Both the position numbers and the translations under genes were made by a program. Under the pieces are notes generated by a model, which was not told where the DNA came from, made no database searches, and was given only the letters and a program-made list of their open reading frames with translations. From Candidatus Marinacidobacterales bacterium (lineage in GTDB: Bacteria; Acidobacteriota; Vicinamibacteria; Marinacidobacterales; DATDRI01): 64,000 nucleotides of DNA. Location: positions 2,004,712-2,068,711 of the forward strand of contig OZ244742.1 in NCBI GenBank assembly GCA_965219415.1, in the 5' to 3' direction. This document shows positions 33,070 through 42,184 of the stretch, piece by piece. Numbering within the stretch: position 1 is the first letter of the stretch; each line of letters begins with the position of its first letter.

Positions 33070-34086
33070 CTATGAGTCCCCTTCTCGCCGCCTTGGATCT
33101 TCGACCGGCACCGGAGTGGGGCCGTTCGCCACTCGTTTGGTCCTACCGTTGGTGTGACGCTCGTAGGCCCGGATGATCGATTGAACCAAACGGTGACGGA
33201 TAACGTCGGTCTCGTCGAAGTAGGCGAAGACGATACCAGTGATGTCGGAAATGATATCGATGGACTCCACAAGCCCGCTGATCTTCCCCGACGGGAGATC
33301 GATTTGAGTGATATCGCCGGTCACGACCGCTTTGGAGCCGAACCCGATGCGAGTCAAGAACATCTTCATCTGTTCCGACGTCGTGTTTTGTGCTTCGTCC
33401 AAAATAATAAAAGAATCGTTGAGCGTACGGCCTCGCATGAAGGCGATGGGCGCAATCTCGATGGACCCCCGCTCGATCAGGCGCAGAACGCGCTCGGCAT
33501 CCATGAGATCGTAGAGGGCGTCGTAGAGAGGTCGTAGGTACGGATTGATCTTCTCCTGGATATCTCCGGGGAGGAAACCCAGCCTCTCTCCGGCCTCCAC
33601 GGCCGGGCGCGCAAGAATGATTCGGTTGACCCGCTTCTCGTTGAACGCGGCGACGGCCATCGCGACGGCGAGATAGGTCTTGCCAGTTCCGGCCGGCCCG
33701 ATACCCATGACGATGTCATTCGATTCAATAGCCTGCAGGTATCGAAGTTGGTGGGAACTTCGCGGGACAACGGTCTTCTTCGTCGAGGGGTGAGCGATTC
33801 TGCTACCGAAAAACTCGCGGAGAGAAACTCGCGGATCTTCCTTTATCAATCTGACCGCAAATCGGAGGTCGGCCGGGGAGACCTTGTGGCCTTCTTCGAT
33901 CAAACCCGAAAACTGCGTGAAGATGTTCTCTACGAGCTCGACTTGGTCGGGCTCGCCATCAACCATGACCTCCTGTCCCCGAGTCACAATCTTGACGTTC
34001 AGAGCGTTCTCGATGGATTTTAGGTTCTCGTCTTGAGTGCCAAAGAGTGCGAGGGTTCCCTCTACCGGGATGCTGATTTTTTTCAT
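33070..34086 (-). CDS. phoH: PhoH family ATPase
   Basis: [42 protein letters not shown]. Confidence 0.97.
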   Translation of the reverse strand: MKKISIPVEGTLALFGTQDENLKSIENALNVKIVTRGQEVMVDGEPDQVELVENIFTQFSGLIEEGHKVSPADLRFAVRLIKEDPRVSLREFFGSRIAHPSTKKTVVPRSSHQLRYLQAIESNDIVMGIGPAGTGKTYLAVAMAVAAFNEKRVNRIILARPAVEAGERLGFLPGDIQEKINPYLRPLYDALYDLMDAERVLRLIERGSIEIAPIAFMRGRTLNDSFIILDEAQNTTSEQMKMFLTRIGFGSKAVVTGDITQIDLPSGKISGLVESIDIISDITGIVFAYFDETDVIRHRLVQSIIRAYERHTNGRTKRVANGPTPVPVEDPRRREGDS

Positions 34087-34281
34087 AGAGTGAGCGGCGT
34101 TACCCCCTTGCGGAATACTCTTTTAGGGACGGGGCTGCCTCCCGTCTAGACGGCACGATTCTTTCTCTAATTAGGCTAAATTAGGCAATGGGAAAAATTC
34201 GAGTGCCGGGGACTGGTGGAAAGAAGGGGCCAGGACGGGACGACAAAGAGCCTGAACAAGCTGAATCATCTCCTGAAAAGG

Positions 34282-34311
34282 ATGCTAGCACGGGCCTCTA
34301 AACCCCGTCAA
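34282..34311 (-). promoter_or_regulatory. sigma70-type promoter of the phoH operon
   Basis: TTGACG-18 nt-TAGCAT with extended TG, ~200 nt upstream of phoH. Confidence 0.5.
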
Positions 34312-34425
34312 ATAGTGACGCCTGGCCAAGTCGCCTCGTGGCAACCAACTATTTTGGCGTCCGCAAGTGGAGATCTCGGCGGTTCATTTCAGGGCGGCTC
34401 TCTACGCTCAACGGGATTCAGCCCT

Positions 34426-36528
34426 TTAGGCCTTATAGATGTTACACATGAGCCCTTTGAGGTTGGTGGCCCCCATCCCGGGGTCGAGGGGTGGCCCGTC
34501 CATCGTCAGGACATTAATATTGGATACCTTCCAGCCGTAGTCGGGAGGCCCAGCCTCCGGATACCACCACCCGTACTCCGCGCTAACGACTCGCGGATGA
34601 ATGCCGTCGAAAAGCTTCGCCCGGAACTTGACCTTACCTCTCGAAGTTTCGATGTATACCCAGTCCCCATCGCCGATGTTCCTTTCGCCGGCCGCGTCGG
34701 GGTGGATCTCCACCAGCGGGTCTCGATGCTTCCTCCTCAAGTACTCGGACTGCCGATGCTCCGACCCGAAGAACTCGAAGATGCGGTGTCCGGTGGTGAG
34801 TACTAGCGGGTACTGCGAAACGAATTTCGCTTCAGCGTTTGGGCTTTCGGGAGGCTCTACGTAGCCCGGCAACGGGTCATAGCCCCACTCCTCGTATTGC
34901 TCGAGATAGAGCTCCAGTTTCCCAGAGCTCGTCCGAAAGCCGTCTCGCTCATACTTCTTATATGTCATCGGTGCTTCGAGATAGGGCATTTGTTTGAACT
35001 GCTTCCACGTGAGACCGGCGGGCTCGAGGATGTAGTCGAACGAGCCTTCCACGTCTTCCCAAAAGTACTCTTCGAAGCCCAGCTTCTTTCCCAACTCATT
35101 CAGAATCTTGTGATCGGACCAGGCTTCACCTCGTGGCTCCACCACCTTGTTGCGAGGGAAGACATGACCGTGGATCTTCCAATAGTCCGCGATGTTGTCG
35201 TGCTCCAGCCAAGTCGCGGCGGGAAGCACGATGTCGGCGAGCTCGGTCGTGGGAGTCCTGAAGATATCGGTGGCGACGAAGAACTCCACCTTTTGTAGGG
35301 CATCATAGACACGGTACGCGTTTTCCCTCGCCGTCAGGAGATTGCTGGCAAACATGACCAGAGCGCGAACTCTGTACGGTTGTTCTTCGAGAATGGCATC
35401 CCAGACCGCATGAGGCGTAATCCGGCTGATGTAGGCGCCGAGCTTGTAGCGGTCGCCGCCCAACATCTTGGCTCTTTGCGCCTCGGGGAGTTTGTCGAAG
35501 AAGGAAAAAGTGGCCCGGGGGAGAACCGGAGGCAGGCCGAATATGGCGTTGCCACCGGGGACGTCCAAGTTGCCGGTGAGCGCGACCATATAGAGAAGCG
35601 CCCGATCGGCGTCGACGCAATTGATGTTCTGCTCGATCCCAACGCCCCATTGAAGCGCTGCCGGCTTGGTCGTGGCGTAGAGTCGCGCCGCCTCGATGAT
35701 CTTCGATGACGGGACCCACGTGATCCGCTCCACTTCCTCCGGCGGGAACTTCTCGACCCGCTTCGAAAGCTCTTCGAAACCCACGGTGTACTTCTCGACG
35801 AACTCCCGGTCGTATAGACCCTCCTTGAGGATGACGTGGAGCATGCCGAGAGCCAGTGCCGAATCGGTAGCGGGGCGAATTTGAAGCCAGAGATCCGCGC
35901 GCTCCGCCAAACTGTTTCGTCGGGGATCGACCACGATGAGCTTGGCGCCCTTGGCCAACGTTTTGGCCATGTTGATCGCCTTGTTCTCGTCAGGGTTCGA
36001 GATCAAATGGTTGCTTCCCCACGCGAGCACGCACTGGGGATCCCCGCCATAGTCGCAAAGCGGGAGCTCCATCCCCATGAGGCGCGATATCGCGACCCGC
36101 GGGATGTAGCACATGTGGCCGGGAGACATGATGTTCGGGGTCCCGTAGAGATTGGCCAAACGATAGAGAAAACGGTGGAAGTCCCGCCCGGTACCATGCC
36201 CGAAGACGGCGGCCTCAGCGCCGGACTCGGTCTTGACCTGTCCGAGTTTCTCGGCGATACTCGTGAGGGCTTCGTCCCAGGAGATACGCTCCCACTCCCC
36301 TTCTCCCCTGGCACCGGCTCGCTTCATCGGGTGAAGCAGTCGGTCCGGGTGTTCCTGAAGCTCGAAGGACGCGTACGCCTTGCTGCATGTATAGCCCTTG
36401 CTGATGGGATGCTCCCAATCGGGCTCGAGCCCCACCGCCTTTCCGTCGTGGACCTTTACGTAGACCCCGCATCCACCGTGGCCGCAGGATCGGCAAACCG
36501 TGCGTACTCTCGAAGAGCCCTTTTGCAT
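34426..36528 (-). CDS. cytoplasmic bis-MGD molybdopterin oxidoreductase (acetylene hydratase-like clade)
   Basis: CRSCGHGGC..C 4Fe-4S motif, HPDRL, GHMCY putative Cys ligand, PLVLTTG..VEIHP C-terminal domain; ATG 36528; no Tat signal. Confidence 0.9.
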   Translation of the reverse strand: MQKGSSRVRTVCRSCGHGGCGVYVKVHDGKAVGLEPDWEHPISKGYTCSKAYASFELQEHPDRLLHPMKRAGARGEGEWERISWDEALTSIAEKLGQVKTESGAEAAVFGHGTGRDFHRFLYRLANLYGTPNIMSPGHMCYIPRVAISRLMGMELPLCDYGGDPQCVLAWGSNHLISNPDENKAINMAKTLAKGAKLIVVDPRRNSLAERADLWLQIRPATDSALALGMLHVILKEGLYDREFVEKYTVGFEELSKRVEKFPPEEVERITWVPSSKIIEAARLYATTKPAALQWGVGIEQNINCVDADRALLYMVALTGNLDVPGGNAIFGLPPVLPRATFSFFDKLPEAQRAKMLGGDRYKLGAYISRITPHAVWDAILEEQPYRVRALVMFASNLLTARENAYRVYDALQKVEFFVATDIFRTPTTELADIVLPAATWLEHDNIADYWKIHGHVFPRNKVVEPRGEAWSDHKILNELGKKLGFEEYFWEDVEGSFDYILEPAGLTWKQFKQMPYLEAPMTYKKYERDGFRTSSGKLELYLEQYEEWGYDPLPGYVEPPESPNAEAKFVSQYPLVLTTGHRIFEFFGSEHRQSEYLRRKHRDPLVEIHPDAAGERNIGDGDWVYIETSRGKVKFRAKLFDGIHPRVVSAEYGWWYPEAGPPDYGWKVSNINVLTMDGPPLDPGMGATNLKGLMCNIYKA

Positions 36529-36545
36529 GGATGTCGCAGGTGTTC

Positions 36546-38051
36546 TCACTTTTTCTCTCGCTCGCCTGTTGAGCTTGATGCCCCCTGACCGATGTAGCCG
36601 AGCGCTTCCAATCGGCGTCGGGTCTCTTCGTCGAGCTGCAACTCGTTCTCGGTGTACGATTCCATCGCCGACGACTCGCAGCCAGCCAGCCAGGATTGGG
36701 CGAAGTGTAGCATGTCCCCAACGAGCTCTGGCTCGGCCGCGCTCATGTCTTCGCTCTCCCCCGAATCGCGCCCCAGATCGTATAGCTCGAGGGATTCGGT
36801 CTCCGCGTTCCAGATGCCTTTCCATTCTCCCTGCCGAATCACTACATTGAGATCCCCTCGATTCTCCTTGTGAGGTCGGTAGAACTTTTTCCTGTTGGCC
36901 CGCATCGCGGTCACGCGCATCAGATTCTCGTCGGCCTGACCTTCGATCCAAGGGAGGAGGCTCCGTCCTCGAAAACCGGCTGTCAGCTCGGTAGCGCCCA
37001 AGTAGTCGACGATGGTGGGCGCGACGTCCAGCAACGTTACAGGATGAGTCACGCGCGTGCCGGCGAACTCGTTGCGAGGAAAACGAATGACCAGCGGCAC
37101 GCGAATGAGCTCTTGGTAGACGGATTGATCGTGCTGCCAACTTCCGTGCTCACCCAGTTCTTCACCATGGTCGGCGAGCAGAACGAAAAGCGTGTTATCC
37201 CAGACACCGGCTTCCTCTAGAGCTCGGACGATGGCTCCCAATCGGTCGTCGGCCTCGGCTACGGTGGCGTCATAGAGCACGTTGATTCGAGATCCGAGCG
37301 TCGACAAGCGGCGACCGAGCTCGTCCTGCTTGGCGGCGTTATCGACCGTGCCGCGTGCCTGCTTCTCGTCGTAGTCGATGCGCGTCAGGCGACGGTAGAG
37401 TCGATACGCCTTCTCCACCTCCTGGCGAGTCTCCCGCGAAGCTTCCCCGAATCGTTCGACGAAGGCTGGCTCGGCCCGATAAGGATTGTGAGGCTCGGTG
37501 TTGTGAATGTAGAGAAAGAAGGGCTCGACCGGTTCGGCATCGAATGTGCTTAGCCAGTCATTCACGACCTCGTCGTCCACCTGCGTATCCATGGCGCGAG
37601 CCACGTCATAGCCTCGCTCGAGGCCGCTCAAAGCCCCCGCGTAGGGGTTGGCAAAGAAAGACGCGGTGTTGTAGCCCGCCTGATGAAGTCTCATCGGTAA
37701 GGTGCGCGCCGTCGCCGCCACCTTGTCTCCATCGATTAGTACGTTGTGCTCACAAGGCAAGGCGGAGAGAAGGAGAGAAACAACGGAAGGAAGCGTCCAA
37801 GGCGCTGGCGCACTCGCGTCCTCGAAGAGAACGCCGTCCGCAACGAGGGAGTCGATGTACGGAGAGGTGGGCTTGGTGTAGCCGTAGGCACCGATACGAT
37901 CCGCACGCAGCGTGTCGATCAAGAAGATGACGACGTTCGGAGTACGAGCGAGGGTGGTGGTTCGGTCTGGCGGGGCATCATAGGGCCCGCATGCAATTGT
38001 GAGCGGCAAGATGCCAAAAGCCACCGCTAGTCCGAAGAATCGTCTCCCCAT
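36546..38051 (-). CDS. sulfatase-like hydrolase, lipoprotein
   Basis: LTIAC lipobox; PNVVIFLIDTLRAD, APWTLPS, EPHNPY, ADHGEE, RVPLVI, LEALGY. Confidence 0.9.
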   Translation of the reverse strand: MGRRFFGLAVAFGILPLTIACGPYDAPPDRTTTLARTPNVVIFLIDTLRADRIGAYGYTKPTSPYIDSLVADGVLFEDASAPAPWTLPSVVSLLLSALPCEHNVLIDGDKVAATARTLPMRLHQAGYNTASFFANPYAGALSGLERGYDVARAMDTQVDDEVVNDWLSTFDAEPVEPFFLYIHNTEPHNPYRAEPAFVERFGEASRETRQEVEKAYRLYRRLTRIDYDEKQARGTVDNAAKQDELGRRLSTLGSRINVLYDATVAEADDRLGAIVRALEEAGVWDNTLFVLLADHGEELGEHGSWQHDQSVYQELIRVPLVIRFPRNEFAGTRVTHPVTLLDVAPTIVDYLGATELTAGFRGRSLLPWIEGQADENLMRVTAMRANRKKFYRPHKENRGDLNVVIRQGEWKGIWNAETESLELYDLGRDSGESEDMSAAEPELVGDMLHFAQSWLAGCESSAMESYTENELQLDEETRRRLEALGYIGQGASSSTGEREKK

Positions 38052-38227
38052 CCGGTATCCGCGGTCAGTCTACACGCCAAGCGTAGGGCGTTCAACTGGA
38101 AACAGAAAGGAGGCTCACGCCGCCCGGAAGTGGAGCAGCGAGATCACTTCGTGTTGACCATAGCTGTTACTTTTGGCTACTCGGAACGTGAGCAAAAAAC
38201 TCACCCCCTGGCGGAGGCTGCCGGGCG

Positions 38228-39397
38228 CTAGAAAACGGCTCGGGGTGCGGCGCCGTCCTTGGTTTCGAGTTGCACGGCAGCACGAAGGGCCGGCGATTGT
38301 TGAACTCTGTCCGGAAAGAGTGGAAACGACGGCTTCGGTTCACCGACCCGGTCGGCGGAACGGCGGTACCGCTCCATCTTGTCTTTGCCGTAGTCCATCT
38401 CCGCCATGTAGAGATTGTGCGGACGACACAAGAGTCTGACATTGTTGGCACTTCGATCGCCGCCGAGCCCGTGGGGATCGTCGTGATGGAACTGCAGCCC
38501 TAGGCGCTCGGGACATCGTCTACCGTCGCCGCTCTCAAACGTGCATTGACCCTGGTCTCGCTTCCACACGAAACGCCTCACCGGAGCGGGGATTCCCCGC
38601 ACTCCCGGGGACGTGTCGGCTTCTTCGAGTCTCTTTCTCGGATTCTTGACTTTGCCGAGGCGCTTGGCCTCGAGCCGTTCGAGCTTCTCCGTCACCGACG
38701 CTTCTAGCATGGAAGTGAGGTCGACACCCGGCATGAGCGCCGCGAGCCGTTGGAGCTTGTCGTGAAGCTCGGCGCTCGCCGTGAACTGCACGCGGTACCG
38801 CGCTGGCGCCAGCGGCTCGACGACCGGCGGCTTGTCAGCCGCTTGGGGAGCCGGGGCGGGGGCAGGTTCAGGGGCTGGACTCTTTCCGGACGGAGTAGTT
38901 TCGGCACGGGACGTACGTTGTTCGCTTTCCGGCTTCTGTCGCCGCTTCGGAAGCTTCCGGATGGAGGGCGAGACATCCGGCTTCGGCGCAATCTCCGCCA
39001 CCAACACCAGGAGCTCACGCTTGGACTTGTGGGTTGCTCGAGCCAGAAGCTCCTCGCAATTGGTGTCGGTAAGATGCGGCGCTAGCACCGCGATGCCGCT
39101 CAAGTGAAGACGCCCATCGTCGAGCATCGTCAGCAGCGCCGGATGCCGGCGCGACGCCCGTGCCGCTGCTATGCGTAGGTAGGCTTCTGCCTCGGACAAG
39201 TGCAACACGTCGACGCAATACTGAAACATCGATGACGATGCTTCACGGGCATACAGTCGGCGTGCATCGACTTCGGCGATATGCGCAACGAGAACCGACT
39301 CGACACGCCGCGACTGTTTCAAAACGTTCGACAGTCGAACAAGAAGCTCGTCATCCGACAGTCGGGAAAGTGATTTCAATTCGTCTTTTTTGTTCAT
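38228..39397 (-). CDS. DUF222-like HNH endonuclease
   Basis: HIAEVDARRLY..SSMFQYC..LSEAEAYLRI..GRLHLS N-terminal domain; IPAPVRRFVWKRDQGQC..FHH..GG..NVRLLCRPHN HNH domain. Confidence 0.9.
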   Translation of the reverse strand: MNKKDELKSLSRLSDDELLVRLSNVLKQSRRVESVLVAHIAEVDARRLYAREASSSMFQYCVDVLHLSEAEAYLRIAAARASRRHPALLTMLDDGRLHLSGIAVLAPHLTDTNCEELLARATHKSKRELLVLVAEIAPKPDVSPSIRKLPKRRQKPESEQRTSRAETTPSGKSPAPEPAPAPAPQAADKPPVVEPLAPARYRVQFTASAELHDKLQRLAALMPGVDLTSMLEASVTEKLERLEAKRLGKVKNPRKRLEEADTSPGVRGIPAPVRRFVWKRDQGQCTFESGDGRRCPERLGLQFHHDDPHGLGGDRSANNVRLLCRPHNLYMAEMDYGKDKMERYRRSADRVGEPKPSFPLFPDRVQQSPALRAAVQLETKDGAAPRAVF

Positions 39398-39412
39398 ACG
39401 CCATTTATAGCA
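39398..39412 (-). promoter_or_regulatory. extended -10 giving a probably leaderless HNH transcript
   Basis: TGC-TATAAA-6 nt-ATG(39397); no Shine-Dalgarno sequence. Confidence 0.5.
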
Positions 39413-39465
39413 TGGACTTTTTCGACGCTCTGTGCGCGCGGGTGTTGAACGCGAACGCATCGAGG

Positions 39466-39576
39466 GTCACCCGATGCACCGAAAATGACCATGATGCAGG
39501 GGTCACCGGGACGATCACACATCGGGTCGTTCGCCGTACCTGCTGTCCGAGCCGAGGTTCTCGCCCGGCCTCTCAT
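39466..39576 (-). pseudogene. zwf: N-terminal stub of glucose-6-phosphate dehydrogenase
   Basis: PGDPCIMVIFGASGD matches the G6PDH N-terminal motif; similarity stops abruptly upstream of the HNH gene; ATGA overlap with the globin stop. Confidence 0.7.
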
Positions 39577-39892
39577 GCCTCCGACGTCGCCTTTTCTCCT
39601 GACATGAGGTGAAGAATAGAGTCGATGGTTACCTCCCAAGCCCTCGCCAACTCGGGCGCGTACTTGTCGCCCAACACGTCCTGGATGGTGTCGAGCAAGG
39701 CGCGTCGCACGAGCGCATAATGTTCCCGAGAGACGCCGTAACTCGCGTGTTGACGGCCCAATGACTGAAGTCCTATTAGGAATGCCGGCACAATTCGCAC
39801 TCTACGGCTCCAAATACTCATCCGAGCCACCAAAAATTTCAAGTGTCTCTGAGAGCGCGAACTTGCTTTTGCACCCCCGGTCCAACTAGCAT
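39573..39892 (-). pseudogene. globin-domain fragment
   Basis: LGRQHASYGVSREHYALVRRALLDTI..LG..AW (F/G/H helices); N-terminus degraded or frameshifted. Confidence 0.7.
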
Positions 39893-40024
39893 TCCTTCCT
39901 CACTACAACGCCCCGATGCCACGACAGCCTGTCTCAGACGCCTTCGGCCGCAGGAGCGTACGGAAGGCTGCCGTCACCAACCTATGCCGCGCCCTCGCGC
40001 AAGACGTGCGGGACGAGTGAGCCG

Positions 40025-40921
40025 ATGACTCGCCGCACCGAGCAAATGGGCGTCCTGTTCGCTGATATTAGCGACAGCACCTACTTTTACGAAACCTTCG
40101 GTGATGAACGCGCCCGACAGATCGTCCTAAACTGTCTAGACGTTGTCGCCGACGTGATCAACAGACACAGCGGCCAGGTCATCGATCGTATTGGCGATGA
40201 GCTGATGTGTACGTTCCCCTCGGCCGACCAAGCGGCACGGGCAGCTGTCGAGATGCAGGAAGGGGTAAACGACGCGAGTTCCGCCCGGCTGCCCCACGAA
40301 ATCTGCATTCGCATGGGCTTCCACTTCGGTCCGGTAGTGCTCGATGGAGACAGCATCTTTGGAGAGACCGTTTACATTGCCAAACGCGTCTCTCGTGTGG
40401 CGACGGGCCGGCAGATCATAACGACCGGTGAAACGTTGGACGCGCTGGCCGATGAAACTGACCACACATCCAAGTTCCTCGAGACGACGGCGCTAAGGGG
40501 GAAGAGCCAGAAGTTCGATCTTCACGAGATGCTCTGGAATGACCCGTCCGATACACTGCACGGTCCAGAGGGTGCCAAACCCGTGGTCACCGAGAGCGAG
40601 CTCCATATAAGCCATGACGCCGCAAGAATCACTCTGACTGAGACCCGCCCCACTTTCTCTATCGGGCGGGACAATCGATGCGACCTAGTCGTGAACGACA
40701 AAGGCGTGTCTCGCCTGCACGCCCGTATCGAGTCTCGTAAAGGTTACTTCGTCCTCGTCGATCAGAGCAGCAACGGCACGTCGATCATCAACGACGACGG
40801 TGACATCGTTCGGGTTCACCGGGATGAGCTTCGGTTGAGTGGAAACGGCAAGATCGGAGTTGGCAAGAATCCGGACGCGATCATAACCTTTGAATGCCAC
40901 ACCAAGGTCCGCGAGGACTAA
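40025..40921 (+). CDS. class III nucleotide cyclase with C-terminal FHA domain
   Basis: LFADISDST, IGDELM, RMGFHFG, LRGK; FHA motifs IGR..VSRLHA..SSNGT. Confidence 0.92.
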   Translation: MTRRTEQMGVLFADISDSTYFYETFGDERARQIVLNCLDVVADVINRHSGQVIDRIGDELMCTFPSADQAARAAVEMQEGVNDASSARLPHEICIRMGFHFGPVVLDGDSIFGETVYIAKRVSRVATGRQIITTGETLDALADETDHTSKFLETTALRGKSQKFDLHEMLWNDPSDTLHGPEGAKPVVTESELHISHDAARITLTETRPTFSIGRDNRCDLVVNDKGVSRLHARIESRKGYFVLVDQSSNGTSIINDDGDIVRVHRDELRLSGNGKIGVGKNPDAIITFECHTKVRED

Positions 40922-40996
40922 TAGCTAGAACAACTCTAAATGCCGATGCAAGACGGGCGTTTGCATTCCTGACCGCACGCGGGTAATAGACTCGCC

Positions 40997-42109
40997 GTGC
41001 TCCAGTCTGCCTTCTTCCGCAAGTACCTCCTCCCCGGTTTCGTGCTTCAATCGATGGTCATCGCCGGCGGTTACGGAACCGGTCGCGAGCTGGTCGAGTT
41101 TTTCATGAAGTTTGGTCCCCTCGGCGGACTAATGGGAATGTGGCTGGTCTCGGTCGTTATCTGGTGTGCGGTGTGCGCGGTAACCTTCGAGCTCGCGCGC
41201 CTGCGCAAAACCTATGATTACCGAACATTCTCGCGAGAGCTCCTAGGCCGCTTCTGGTGGTCATACGAAATTTGTTACTTGGTCATGATGCTCATCGTCC
41301 TCTCCATCATTGCTGCCGCGGCAGGAAGCATCGTCCAGCAATTGTTCTTGGCTCCCTACTTTGTGGGCGTGGTTCTCATGATGGGAGCGGTGGGCTTCCT
41401 CGTGCTGAAGGGCACCTCTCTTGTCGAGCGCGCACTTTCGTTCTAGTCGCTAGTCCTCTATGCGGTCTACGTCGTGTTTCTCTTAGCCCGCGTCGCGAAG
41501 TTCGGCGATGACATCGCATCCAGACTCAAGCAAGGAGAGATAAAGCCGGAGTGGTTCGTCGGCGGTCTGGAGTATGCCGCCTATAACCTTGCCACGCTTC
41601 CCGCGGTCCTATTCGCGGTGCGGCATATCGAGCGGCGGAAGGAAGCGTTTATCGCCGGTGTCCTTGACCCGGGCCGATCACGATGCTGCCAGGTTTCTTC
41701 CCTTTTTTATCTCACCATGGTCGGCCGCTACCCGGCCATCTTGGAGGAGACCGTTCCCTCTCTCTTCCTTCTGGAAGAACTCGGCTCGCGCCTCTTTCTC
41801 TTCGTCTTTCAGATCACGCTCTTGGGTACGCTGGTGGAAACCGGCACCGGCATGATCCACGCCTTCAACGAGCGTCTCGCGACGGCGCTCAAAGAGAAGG
41901 GTCGGAAACTTGCGACCGGGCTTCGGCTCGCCGTAGCCGTGCTACTCCTTTTGTTGGCGACCGTCGTCGCTCAGGTAGGGCTCGAGAACTTGATCGCCAA
42001 AGGCTATGGCACCGCGACCTACAGCTTCTGGATCGTGTTTCTCATTCCGGTCTTGACGATCGGGGTCTACAAGATCGTCACCATCAAGGAACCTGCACCC
42101 GCGAAGTAA
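40997..42109 (+). pseudogene. YkvI-like membrane protein with in-frame TAG and local indels
   Basis: IAGGYGTGRELVEFF, TLVETGTGMIHAFNER, LIAKGYG; TAG 41444-41446 in LSF*SLVLY; scrambled segment ~41665-41705. Confidence 0.8.
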
Positions 42110-42184
42110 CTTCGCCCGGGCCCGTCCGCGTCCGTTTTGCGGTAGAACGGATCCACCCAAGGCCAACCCACACGGGAAGCTCAA

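Noticed and set aside
34172-34270. 32-codon uORF upstream of phoH
   Set aside because: AGGAG abuts the ATG with no spacer; no recognisable peptide
36529-37140. N-terminal 200 aa of the 904-aa ORF
   Set aside because: Alternative frame overlapping the sulfatase; the molybdoenzyme starts at ATG 36528
23847-41446. Genome-wide TAG recoding
   Set aside because: TAG ends many intact genes here (e.g. mutL, glyS, tonB, TBDR) and no core gene has an internal TAG
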